Under the pieces are notes generated by a model, which made no database searches, was not told the origin of the DNA, and was given only the letters and a program-made list of their open reading frames with translations. Source: a virus. Taken from it: a DNA stretch of 64,000 bases. The stretch's first letter is position 1. Every line of letters begins with the position of its first letter. Shown here piece by piece: positions 9,457 to 17,031 of this stretch. The stretch is taken from IMG/VR virus record IMGVR_UViG_3300036806_000429; one strand, 5' to 3'. The position numbers and the translations under genes are program-made.

Positions 9457-9911
9457 CAGCCCGAGGTTTCTTTGGGGTCGTGTCCAGAGGCGAAGATGGC
9501 CACGGCCTGCGCGGCGGTCACGCCGCCGGTGACCTCGATGAAGATGGTGCGGCCGAACACGTCCAGCTCGAATTCAAACGCCACGCCAGCACCTGCGGCC
9601 GCGATGGTCAGAGCCGGGTTGTGCACGACGAATTGCCCCGTGGCGTCGTTCCAGTAGCGAACGGACAACGCCGGGTTGGACGTGGCGCCTGCCAGCACGT
9701 CGGCGTGCGGCGACTGCCAGCCCGAGGTCGGATCCAGCGGCCCAGGCGACGCCGTGTTGATCGGCACGACCGTGAACAGGCCCTTCTGGTAGTTGCCGAA
9801 GTTCATGCCCGAGCCGCGCGACTTGTACGGCGCGGCGTCGTTCGCCGTCACCAACCTGTACAGGTTGTAGTCTGGGGAGCGCTGGGGCGAGCTTTGCGGG
9901 CTGGGCTGCAT
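9456..9911 (-). CDS. hypothetical protein (beta-rich), directly upstream of TerL
   Basis: ATG 9911. Its stop overlaps the TerL ATG (TGATG). It does not look like a small terminase. Confidence 0.5.
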   Translation of the reverse strand: MQPSPQSSPQRSPDYNLYRLVTANDAAPYKSRGSGMNFGNYQKGLFTVVPINTASPGPLDPTSGWQSPHADVLAGATSNPALSVRYWNDATGQFVVHNPALTIAAAGAGVAFEFELDVFGRTIFIEVTGGVTAAQAVAIFASGHDPKETSG

Positions 9912-9935
9912 GAATCACCTTCGGAGTGATGGGCG

Positions 9936-9977
9936 GCCGACCTCGGGCGGCTCGGCGGAGTCGTGGCCGAGGTCGGC
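9936..9977 (-). terminator. stem-loop between genes
   Basis: gccgacctcgg / ccgaggtcggc 11-bp inverted repeat, 23 nt after the stop at 10000. Confidence 0.35.
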
Positions 9978-9999
9978 GCCGTGCCTATCGTACCGCGGC

Positions 10000-10305
10000 T
10001 CACTCTTCGGCGGTGTAGTACACCAGCTGGCCGGCGATGTTCAGGTTGGCGTCCGCTCCGAGGCGGAAACCGGTGGCGAGCGGCGTGATGCCGTTGCCGC
10101 CAGTCACGAACGACGTGGTGCCGGCCGTGATCTCCTTCTGCATCGAACCGTCCGGCATCGCCTCCGTCCACATAGCGCCGGACAGGCCCGCGCCGCTGTT
10201 GAACAGACGCACTTCCTTGGGCTTGAAGCCCACCACCGTGACGTCCAGCTGGGCGCCGGTTCCGAGAAACGATCCGCGTTGGACTCTGCGTGCTCCTGAG
10301 CTCAT
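10000..10305 (-). CDS. hypothetical small beta-rich protein
   Basis: AAGGAGAAG SD before ATG 10305. Preceded by a TTGAGT-N17-CAAGAG promoter-like sequence. Confidence 0.5.
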   Translation of the reverse strand: MSSGARRVQRGSFLGTGAQLDVTVVGFKPKEVRLFNSGAGLSGAMWTEAMPDGSMQKEITAGTTSFVTGGNGITPLATGFRLGADANLNIAGQLVYYTAEE

Positions 10306-10437
10306 TTGGCTTCTCCTTGGTGAAGTTGACGTCTCTTGACAGCATCGCGAACCGAACTCAACCCGCGCGCCTGTTCCGTGGAACTGGAGACGTTCTCCTT
10401 TGGAAGCCGGAGGATAGCCGGCCGAGCTCCGGAGCCG

Positions 10438-10956
10438 TTACGCCTTCTGGTAGCCGGCGCGCGGCGCGCGGTAGCACAACCCCTTGTCAGGGTCGATGTT
10501 GAACAGGATGCCGCCCTGGGCGTGGAGAACCCTGATCAGCTTCTCGAGCTCCTCGCGCCCATAGCCCGCATCCATGAGGTGCTCGTTGTAGAACTTGGCC
10601 ATCAGCGTGGCGTTGGACGTTCCGTACATCGGCGTGGTGACGCCGTCCTTGGTCTCCGAGCCAATCTTGGCCCGGACGCCCGGCGTCAGGTTCGGGATGC
10701 CTTCGACGTAGAACTTGTGCGGCCAGCCGTACTTCCAGTCAGCTCCGTGAAGCGACGCGCCGCCCTCGATCAGCCTTAGCAGGTCCTCGGGGTGGACCGA
10801 TCCGCAATAGCTGCAGCGCCGAAACGGCTCGCTCTGGCCGTATTCCTCGTCAACACGCGGATCGCTCCACTTCGTCGGACCAAATTTGAAGACGCCTCCC
10901 TGGCTGGTGTCACCATGGCATGTCGGAACGGGCGGCCAAACGTGCGAAGCTTCCAT
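10438..10956 (-). CDS. hypothetical protein
   Basis: ATG 10956. GC3-rich. One CSYCG motif only. Confidence 0.5.
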   Translation of the reverse strand: MEASHVWPPVPTCHGDTSQGGVFKFGPTKWSDPRVDEEYGQSEPFRRCSYCGSVHPEDLLRLIEGGASLHGADWKYGWPHKFYVEGIPNLTPGVRAKIGSETKDGVTTPMYGTSNATLMAKFYNEHLMDAGYGREELEKLIRVLHAQGGILFNIDPDKGLCYRAPRAGYQKA

Positions 10957-10966
10957 GTTGACTATC

Positions 10967-11950
10967 CTACTTGAGCAACGGGAGCTGGCGATGCCGCTCG
11001 GTGATCTGCTTCTTCCGGTCGCCGTGGGCTCGGAAGCCGACGATGCTTTTGCGGTCCGCGACGGCGCAAAGCTTGCAACGCTCGCAGGTCACCGCCTCGC
11101 TGAGCTCCGCCGGGCAGACGACGATGGGGTGGCCTGCCGGCGTGCGGTTTCCCTTCCGCGGCGCGTCGTGCGGGAGCACAGTCGTGACCGGAAGGTGCAG
11201 CGCCATGGCTTCGTCGGCCGCCTTCAGGTTGTCCGTGGAGATGTTGACGGTGAAGCCTTCGAGCGTCGCGCGGCGGATCGCCTTGAAGTGGCGCTGGATT
11301 GGCTTGTGCGTGTAGGTGAAGCCGCGCTTCCCACGGTTGGCGTCCACGAGCTGTCCGAGGAGCTCCGTGTCCAACTCCAGGTCGCGCCCGGGAAGGTCGC
11401 CGGCCTCGTTGTGGCGCCAGACCTGGCCCTCCGGAAGCGCTCGGACGCGCTCGATGAACTCGCTCCATGGAATTCCCGTCTTGCCGCTGGACAATTTGCG
11501 CCAATGAATGGCCACTATGTGTTGCTCTGCGTAGCAGCCGCGGTTCATAAGTGGGCAAGTCGTTGGACAGGTGCTGGCCGAAGTCATGGAGACGGGGATG
11601 GGGCCTGTCTTGCGATTGCCAGATTCCTCCACGAAAAGAACACGAAGTGGGCCATCGCTCTTGATTCCCGAGCGTGGAGATGTGGCTTTTTCGCGCTCTT
11701 CTAGCGACTTTCCGTCCCAATTTGCGTACTTTTTGGTGCAAATCTTGCACCTTTTCACCAGTCTGCCTGTCTTTGATATGAAGGCGCCTGGCCTCCGCCA
11801 TGTCCAACACTGTGGGCAACGGATCTTCTGGCGACCCGTACCCTCGCAACGAGCACAGGCCGTGAGGAACGAAGCGCCCGGAACGTGGCCCGTGCTGCCA
11901 CAGGCTTCGCACGACTGCTCCATTGCACGCTTGTTCGTGGTTCGGGCCAT
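10967..11950 (-). CDS. Cys-rich protein with N-terminal CxxCxGxG knuckles, Gp88-like (recall only)
   Basis: CEACGSTGH...CARCEGTG...CPQC at the N-terminus. The central TCPTTCPLMNRGCYAE recalls mycobacteriophage Gp88-type proteins. Confidence 0.55.
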   Translation of the reverse strand: MARTTNKRAMEQSCEACGSTGHVPGASFLTACARCEGTGRQKIRCPQCWTWRRPGAFISKTGRLVKRCKICTKKYANWDGKSLEEREKATSPRSGIKSDGPLRVLFVEESGNRKTGPIPVSMTSASTCPTTCPLMNRGCYAEQHIVAIHWRKLSSGKTGIPWSEFIERVRALPEGQVWRHNEAGDLPGRDLELDTELLGQLVDANRGKRGFTYTHKPIQRHFKAIRRATLEGFTVNISTDNLKAADEAMALHLPVTTVLPHDAPRKGNRTPAGHPIVVCPAELSEAVTCERCKLCAVADRKSIVGFRAHGDRKKQITERHRQLPLLK

Positions 11951-12609
11951 CAGCGGTCCTTGACGACCTTCCTGCCAGCAGAGCGCTTCGCCGTTCTTGC
12001 ACGCGCCGTGCCCACGGCCTTCGCCGGCCGTCGCGTCACCAGCGCCTCGTCATCGTCCTCGTCGCCGGCCGCCTCGCTGAAGGCTTCGCCATAGTGGATC
12101 TCGCCCGGCGGCAGCGCCATGAAGTCCTTGTCGCCGAATTCCTCCAGCAGTCGACGGTTCAGGCGCGCCTGCTTCACGATCTCGCCCTTCAGCTCGGGCA
12201 TCCCGAGCTCTGCGATGACGATGCCGCCCACGAGCTCGCGGCGTTCGGCCTGCTTCTTCAGCAGACCAAACTCCTGCCCCTTCGCGACGATACGATCCAC
12301 CAAGTCTGCGCGCAGACGGATGGCGCCGATTAGCGCGTTGTACTGCGAATTGGCATCGAGATTGGTGATTAGCGTGTCCAAGTCGTGGATTGCCTTGCGC
12401 GTTTCCAGCTCATATTCCACATAAACGTGCTCTCTAGGGCGCGTTCTGTGTGTCTCCGCTCTGGATTCTAGCAAGAAGGATTGCACTTCTGCGTAGTCGT
12501 CGGCGTCCAACCCAAGGAATTCTTGGCACGCCGCGTCTTTCTTGCCCTCCACCCGGAGCTGGTAGAGGGTCGCCGCGGCTTCGAGCAGCACAGTTTTCTT
12601 CAATGCCAT
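11950..12609 (-). CDS. hypothetical protein (helical, basic C-terminus); small terminase not excluded
   Basis: ATG 12609. TGATG overlap with the next gene. The basic tail is RRPAKAVGTARARTAKRSAGRK. Confidence 0.5.
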   Translation of the reverse strand: MALKKTVLLEAAATLYQLRVEGKKDAACQEFLGLDADDYAEVQSFLLESRAETHRTRPREHVYVEYELETRKAIHDLDTLITNLDANSQYNALIGAIRLRADLVDRIVAKGQEFGLLKKQAERRELVGGIVIAELGMPELKGEIVKQARLNRRLLEEFGDKDFMALPPGEIHYGEAFSEAAGDEDDDEALVTRRPAKAVGTARARTAKRSAGRKVVKDR

Positions 12610-12628
12610 GGACGTATCGTAGCTGTTT

Positions 12629-13054
12629 TTAGGCCTTCGGGCCCAAGAAAGCCCTGGCCAAAGCCACTGGATCTGCGCTCGGATTCTTCCGGACGTGCTC
12701 CGTGACCTCCTCCAACCTGCCGTGCTCTTGGGCTTCCCCCACCATCGCGTGCGTTTCCATCATCGATGACAGCTGGTACGCCGTCGCGGTGAGCTCGTGC
12801 AGCATGGCGTCGTCCTGCTTGCCCTTCGCGAAGCGCATCTGAATCAGCACCTTCGCAAATTCCGTCGCGCGGTAGTCGCGGCGATTCGTCCTAATCACCG
12901 AGGCGAGCGCCACCTGCGCCGTCGCGATGGCTTCGACGCGCGCCAACAGCGGGTTGATGACGGCGCCCACGAGCTCGCGCACCGTCTCGTCGTTCGCCAG
13001 CTTGATGTTCGTCGCCAGCGCTTCGACGAAGGCCTTGATCTGTTCTTCATCCAT
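12629..13054 (-). CDS. hypothetical protein
   Basis: ATG 13054 overlaps the upstream stop. GC3-rich. Confidence 0.5.
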   Translation of the reverse strand: MDEEQIKAFVEALATNIKLANDETVRELVGAVINPLLARVEAIATAQVALASVIRTNRRDYRATEFAKVLIQMRFAKGKQDDAMLHELTATAYQLSSMMETHAMVGEAQEHGRLEEVTEHVRKNPSADPVALARAFLGPKA

Positions 13055-13517
13055 GATCCCTGAGACCTTTCGCGCCTTCGAGGCAGATCGCCAGATCAGA
13101 CGCTGTGAATTTCAACATGACATGGCCGATCATGCAGCCCATCTCGTCGCCCTGGAACGCGCAATTGCCGATCGAATGGCGCATGCGCTCTTGCCACTCC
13201 TCCAGCGTCGGGAATTCGCCGGTGAACACATCCATCAGCGCTGTGTTCTCGCGCGTGTCGACGTAGGCGTTGAAGAACGTCTCGAAGTGCGGGTGCTTTG
13301 GGTCGCACCCGAACCGCTCCCAAGCCGAGATGATCGCGTTGGCCTCGCGCAGGCACGCGGCGCGCGCGTAGCTCGCGCGCTGACCCGGCGACTGCGGAGC
13401 GGTCACCGTCTTGATCTGTGGAGGCAACGAGTAGGCCGGATGCTGGCCCGGAGCCGTGAAGACGACCTCCGCCACCCAATCGCCGGTCTGGAGCGTGTAC
13501 AACAGGATCTCTTTCAT
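13047..13517 (-). CDS. hypothetical protein
   Basis: GC3-rich ORF coupled to both neighbours. Confidence 0.5.
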   Translation of the reverse strand: MKEILLYTLQTGDWVAEVVFTAPGQHPAYSLPPQIKTVTAPQSPGQRASYARAACLREANAIISAWERFGCDPKHPHFETFFNAYVDTRENTALMDVFTGEFPTLEEWQERMRHSIGNCAFQGDEMGCMIGHVMLKFTASDLAICLEGAKGLRDHG

Positions 13518-14119
13518 TCGTCGTCCACCTGGCCTTGAAGGCGCCGCGGCAACGGCGTGCTGGCGGCCAACGCCATCAGCTCGGCCGCCTCCTCGGGCGT
13601 GATCTTGAAGCGACGTATTGCCGCCTTGTGGCTACCGGAGCTGAGTTGGAGGGCACAGACGTTGTGGGCCATCACCAGCCGCGCATCGGCGAGGATGCGC
13701 GCCACGGTCGTCTCGGTGACTTGGAGCTTCCGAGCGATGAAGGCCTTGCGCTTCTTCTTCACCCTGTACATGCGCTCAGCCCATTCGCGCTGTTCAGGGC
13801 CAATCTTTCCCTCGCGCTCTGGGATCAGACGTTCGCCCGAGGTCAACTCTTTCCACGTCTTGCCGATGGCGATCTTGTACACGGCCATGTAGCCGACGTG
13901 CAGCTGGCTCGAGATGCGTGCTGGCGTGTCGCCCGCGCGCAGCCTAGCGACGACCTCCGTGGCCAATCGCTGGTCGAGCGCCTTTCCCGTCGGCTCACGT
14001 GAAAGTAAGTGCGAGTTGCCGTTGGACTTCTTCGGAGGTTTCAACAGACACCTTGGACAATTGGAGCAAGAGCAACCGGAATTCGGCAGCCCGATCAGCA
14101 TCAAAATATCGGGATTCAA
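13514..14119 (-). CDS. DNA-binding protein with two helix-turn-helix-like segments
   Basis: DTPARISSQLHVGYMAVYKI and AFIARKLQVTETTVARIL. The start is uncertain. The track start overlaps the upstream gene by 125 nt, and TTG at 13966 is an alternative. Confidence 0.5.
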   Translation of the reverse strand: MNPDILMLIGLPNSGCSCSNCPRCLLKPPKKSNGNSHLLSREPTGKALDQRLATEVVARLRAGDTPARISSQLHVGYMAVYKIAIGKTWKELTSGERLIPEREGKIGPEQREWAERMYRVKKKRKAFIARKLQVTETTVARILADARLVMAHNVCALQLSSGSHKAAIRRFKITPEEAAELMALAASTPLPRRLQGQVDDE

Positions 14120-14453
14120 CGGCCGTGTGCAGCCGCCGTGTGGACCAAGCCTCGATGAGGCCCCAGCCGAGCTCCTCGGCTTCCGAGCGCCGGATCACCC
14201 CGGGGCGCGCGATGTAGTAGCGGTTTGTGCCCATCCCGCCGACGCGCCGGTGCTGCTTTCGGTCCTGTCTGGACCTCTCGGCCAGGAAGTCCTTGCGCGT
14301 GCGCTTCGCCTCAACGACGATGGACAGCGAACCGTCGAGCCAGCCGATCGCGTCCGGCTTCTCCTCGTGCCCCGACTCGGTCACGACGACGATGCAGCGG
14401 CGCTGACGCAGCCACCGGCGCGCGAGCGCCACGAGGTCGGCGTGTGTGATCAA
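13995..14453 (-). CDS. PD-(D/E)xK nuclease-fold protein (MmcB-like)
   Basis: TESGHEEKPDAIGWLDGSLSIVVEAKRTRKDF gives the E...D...(I/V)EAK core. TTG start in a TTGA overlap. Confidence 0.55.
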   Translation of the reverse strand: MITHADLVALARRWLRQRRCIVVVTESGHEEKPDAIGWLDGSLSIVVEAKRTRKDFLAERSRQDRKQHRRVGGMGTNRYYIARPGVIRRSEAEELGWGLIEAWSTRRLHTAVESRYFDADRAAEFRLLLLQLSKVSVETSEEVQRQLALTFT

Positions 14454-14773
14454 TTCAAGCCCTTGTTAGAGCTCGAGTCGGTTTGCTGCTCCGCTGCTTG
14501 CTGCTGCGCTTCTTCCAAACGCTGTTTCACGAGGGCGACGCGCTCCATGGGCATCACGCCGAACAGCATCGCGAGGCCGGCGCCGCCGTCGCCGCAAGCG
14601 TGCACGGCAAGGCGCTTCACGCCGTACGCCTCCGCGAGGCCTAGATCTGTCGTGAAGACAGAGAGCTGCTCGCCGGTGATCGGCGCGTCGTTCAGGTTGA
14701 AGCATTCGCCGCCGCAGCGCGTGCAACGATGAAGCGGAATCCCACACACGTCCTTCAGATTGCACTCGAACAT
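14450..14773 (-). CDS. hypothetical protein
   Basis: ATG 14773 (the track ORF is over-extended to 15043). It is preceded directly by GGGTAAGAGAGTTTGCG. Confidence 0.5.
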   Translation of the reverse strand: MFECNLKDVCGIPLHRCTRCGGECFNLNDAPITGEQLSVFTTDLGLAEAYGVKRLAVHACGDGGAGLAMLFGVMPMERVALVKQRLEEAQQQAAEQQTDSSSNKGLN

Positions 14774-14790
14774 CGCAAACTCTCTTACCC
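14774..14790 (-). promoter_or_regulatory. GGGTAAGAGAG box abutting a start codon
   Basis: The minus strand reads GGGTAAGAGAGTTTGCG-ATG. The same box recurs at 16895-16909, 18067-18082, 21454-21469 and 21526-21541. Confidence 0.4.
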
Positions 14791-14791
14791 T

Positions 14792-14807
14792 CGCCCGAGC
14801 TCGGGCG
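14792..14807 (-). terminator. palindromic hairpin after the collagen-like gene
   Basis: cgcccgagctcgggcg is a perfect 16-nt palindrome 8 nt after the stop. There is no U-tract. Confidence 0.35.
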
Positions 14808-14814
14808 GCTGAAT

Positions 14815-15576
14815 TCACGTCCCGTAGCGGTACGTGATGTAGGCCGTGGTGTACTTGTCGGTGTTCATGGGCACGCCGTTCACTTCGTCCTCCTGTCCGC
14901 AGCTCACCCAGATGCGGCCCGCGTCGATCCGGACCGGCGTCTGGACACATGTGGAATCCTGGTTGACGTTGCCCGTGCAGGTCACGCCGGTCTGGCCACA
15001 AACGTTCGCCGGAGCTGGCGCCACCGTGTGGTAGCAAGTCCAAGCAGACACGTACGCCAGGTTGCCATAGCCAATGTTGCCGTCAACGATCTCTGCCGTG
15101 TAGGTGGTGACCACGCGCCCGGCGGAGGTCGTGATCTGGCCGGCCTGCTTGCAAGCCACTTGGATGCCGGCGATGCCTGGCGTGCCCGCCGGGCCTTGGG
15201 CGCCCTTCGCGCCTTGGGGGCCAACGGCGCCCTGCGGACCGGTTGCGCCCGTTTGGCCCGGCGCGCCCGTCAAGCCTTGTGCGCCTTGGGGACCAACAGG
15301 GCCAACGGCGCCTTGGATGCCGCGGTCGCCTTGGTCTCCCTTCGGACCTTGGAGGCCGGTCGGGCCCTGCGGACCAACGTCGCCCTTGTCGCCCTTCGGA
15401 CCTTGCGGGCCGGCGACGCCAGCGGGGCCTTCGGGGCCCTGGGGGCCAACGGGTCCGGACGAGCCGACGAGGCCGGGCGTGCCGGAAGGACCGTTGCCGC
15501 CGGATGCGCCGGGGTCGCCGTTGCAAGCCGCCAGCGCCAAGAGCGTTGAGAGGATGAGAATGAGGTGCTTGTACAT
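14815..15576 (-). CDS. collagen-like repeat lipoprotein
   Basis: ATG 15576 with a GGAG SD. MYKHLILILSTLLALAAC is a signal peptide with a lipobox Cys. It is followed by 37 uninterrupted G-X-Y triplets and a Cys-containing globular C-terminus. Confidence 0.75.
   Translation of the reverse strand: MYKHLILILSTLLALAACNGDPGASGGNGPSGTPGLVGSSGPVGPQGPEGPAGVAGPQGPKGDKGDVGPQGPTGLQGPKGDQGDRGIQGAVGPVGPQGAQGLTGAPGQTGATGPQGAVGPQGAKGAQGPAGTPGIAGIQVACKQAGQITTSAGRVVTTYTAEIVDGNIGYGNLAYVSAWTCYHTVAPAPANVCGQTGVTCTGNVNQDSTCVQTPVRIDAGRIWVSCGQEDEVNGVPMNTDKYTTAYITYRYGT
15160..15492 (-). repeat. G-X-Y collagen triplet repeat coding region
   Basis: I counted 37 consecutive GXY triplets in the translated protein. Confidence 0.85.
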
Positions 15577-15602
15577 GTTGGATCTCCGTGTGTGGATGCC
15601 TA

Positions 15603-15632
15603 ATAGTACGGCCGACGCTTCCACGGCGCTAA
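15603..15632 (-). promoter_or_regulatory. copy 1 of the six-copy promoter element (TTAGCG-N18-TACTAT), inside the 3' end of the upstream gene
   Basis: It shares the AAAAAAAGTT...CGTGGAAGC...GGCCGTA core with the other copies. A 26-nt leader with an SD precedes the collagen-like gene. Confidence 0.45.
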
Positions 15633-15958
15633 CTTTTTTTTGTTCTGCGCTGAACTTTCTTCAGAAGTGGTTGAGGTTGCGAGCGTTTTCGGACTGCCTG
15701 GGTTGCCAACTTCGCGGCGTGAGCTGCGCAGTCCTCCAAAATGCCAACGGTCTCACGGAACGTTCTGCCCGCGTGGAAGGCGACGATGCACGGAAGCTGC
15801 GTGTTTGCTGCGTTGAAATACAGCTTGCCGGCCGGGCAGCCGTGCGCGAACCAGACGCGCGCCTGGAAGGGCCCGGAGCGCGCCGTCCAACTCTTGTCGT
15901 GCTGGAGACGGAACTTCGCCCCCAAGAAGGCGTAACGCACGTGGGAGTAGTTGGACAT
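15629..15958 (-). CDS. hypothetical protein
   Basis: ATG 15958 (GTG 15961 is an alternative). It ends in RRTKKS, encoded by the A-tract of the promoter element. Confidence 0.45.
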   Translation of the reverse strand: MSNYSHVRYAFLGAKFRLQHDKSWTARSGPFQARVWFAHGCPAGKLYFNAANTQLPCIVAFHAGRTFRETVGILEDCAAHAAKLATQAVRKRSQPQPLLKKVQRRTKKS

Positions 15959-16197
15959 CACAGCCGCCTTGTGGACAGAACGATGAAGAGCGCCGGCACG
16001 ATGGCGCTCCCGGCGATGAGCAGGAGGTCGCGCCCGTCCGCCGGGCGCGCTGACGCCAAGACGGCGAGCAGCCCGAAGGCGGCGCCGATGAGCGCCGCCC
16101 AGAAGATGGCCTTGCGTCGTTCCACGGGTCGCTTCTTTCTGGCCGCGAGAAACACCTGCGAGATGCGGTCCGCGTCGGGGTTGGGATCGTCGTTCAT
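15958..16197 (-). CDS. small membrane protein (2 TM)
   Basis: ATGA overlap. Hydrophobic segments are IFWAALIGAAFGLLAVLA and LLLIAGSAIVPALFIVL. Confidence 0.5.
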   Translation of the reverse strand: MNDDPNPDADRISQVFLAARKKRPVERRKAIFWAALIGAAFGLLAVLASARPADGRDLLLIAGSAIVPALFIVLSTRRL

Positions 16198-16565
16198 GCC
16201 TTTGGCGCCATCGGGATCAGGATCGAGCTGGCCTCTTCAGTCATGAAGTCGATGATGATAACGCGGAGTTGCGTGGGGTCGTCTGCTGCTTCCAGGCCCT
16301 CCCAGACCAACCGCCGGATGTCGCGATTCTGGATGCTCTGGTACGGGAAGCCCTTGCGCGCCATGAGGCGAATCTGCGTCGCGCCTTCATTGTCGTCGGG
16401 CGCCGTCCGGTCGTGCGCGATGATTCCGAGCAGACCTGGAAGCGCCAGAGCCTGCATCGTGCAGGTCAGCATGGCCTGGCGCCGAAAGTCCTCCACGATG
16501 TCCTTGGTGAGGAAGCGCCCGATGAACGCCTGGGCTTCCGTCTTCTGTCGCTCCTCCTCGCTCAC
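16194..16565 (-). CDS. hypothetical protein
   Basis: GTG 16565 in a GTGA overlap with the upstream stop. The track start at 16661 is over-extended. Confidence 0.5.
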   Translation of the reverse strand: MSEEERQKTEAQAFIGRFLTKDIVEDFRRQAMLTCTMQALALPGLLGIIAHDRTAPDDNEGATQIRLMARKGFPYQSIQNRDIRRLVWEGLEAADDPTQLRVIIIDFMTEEASSILIPMAPKA

Positions 16566-16861
16566 GTCGTACCCGGCCTTTCCAGGATCAGGAGGAGCTC
16601 GTGGACCAGCTTTATCTGCTCGTGCGCGTGGCGCGTTCCGGCCGGATGCTTCTTCGCCCAACGCGACACCAAAACGTACATCTCGAAGCCGCGCGCGGCG
16701 GCGAGCACCAACGGCGCGCGGATCGCATCGATCGCCTGAAGCACCTTCCGGGCGCCCTCCACGGCCGATTCGGCGAGCTCGGCGAGCGCTTCACGGGTTT
16801 CCGGGTCGTCCAGATTGACTTCCGGCGAGGAGCGCACCTCATCTTTTGTTGGGTTGGACAT
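16562..16861 (-). CDS. hypothetical protein
   Basis: ATG 16861. It is the first gene after the 170-bp repeat-bearing intergenic region. Confidence 0.5.
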   Translation of the reverse strand: MSNPTKDEVRSSPEVNLDDPETREALAELAESAVEGARKVLQAIDAIRAPLVLAAARGFEMYVLVSRWAKKHPAGTRHAHEQIKLVHELLLILERPGTT

Positions 16862-16894
16862 GTTTTCTTGGCCTTCCTGGTGTGTCTTTTGCGT

Positions 16895-17024
16895 GCAAAC
16901 TCTCTTACCTTGCGTCTTTTCTTGTGTCGTTCTGAACAGCGCTTCTGATTCTGTGCCAGTTCCGTGCGAGGGTAAGAAGGTTTTTTGGCAGGGTAACTGC
17001 GTTAAAACGGAGGGTAATTGCGTT
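16895..17024 (-). promoter_or_regulatory. operator-like box cluster
   Basis: The minus strand reads AACGCAATTACCCT, AACGCAGTTACCCT (24-nt register) and CTTCTTACCCT, then an inverted GGTAAGAGAGTTTGC ending 33 nt before ATG 16861. Confidence 0.45.
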
Positions 17025-17031
17025 GTGTGTT

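Noticed and set aside
10962-12002. 346-aa alternative-frame ORF overlapping 10967-11950. The analogous Arg/Pro/Gly-rich alternatives include 17193-18005, 18092-18844, 20449-21375, 25339-25965 and 42310-43500.
   Set aside because: These are same-strand, off-frame ORFs with extreme Arg/Pro/Gly/Ala content. The chosen frames have balanced composition, recognisable motifs and coupled starts.
14815-15624. Longer track versions of gene starts, for example 15624, 15043, 24383, 25796, 26563, 27072, 27674, 43766, 44539, 50070, 51029, 61588, 62634 and 63566
   Set aside because: The extensions are Arg-rich and overlap the upstream gene by tens to hundreds of nt. A start codon sits exactly at the upstream stop or behind a good SD, and conserved N-terminal motifs (MKL leader, signal peptides, enzyme N-termini) begin there.
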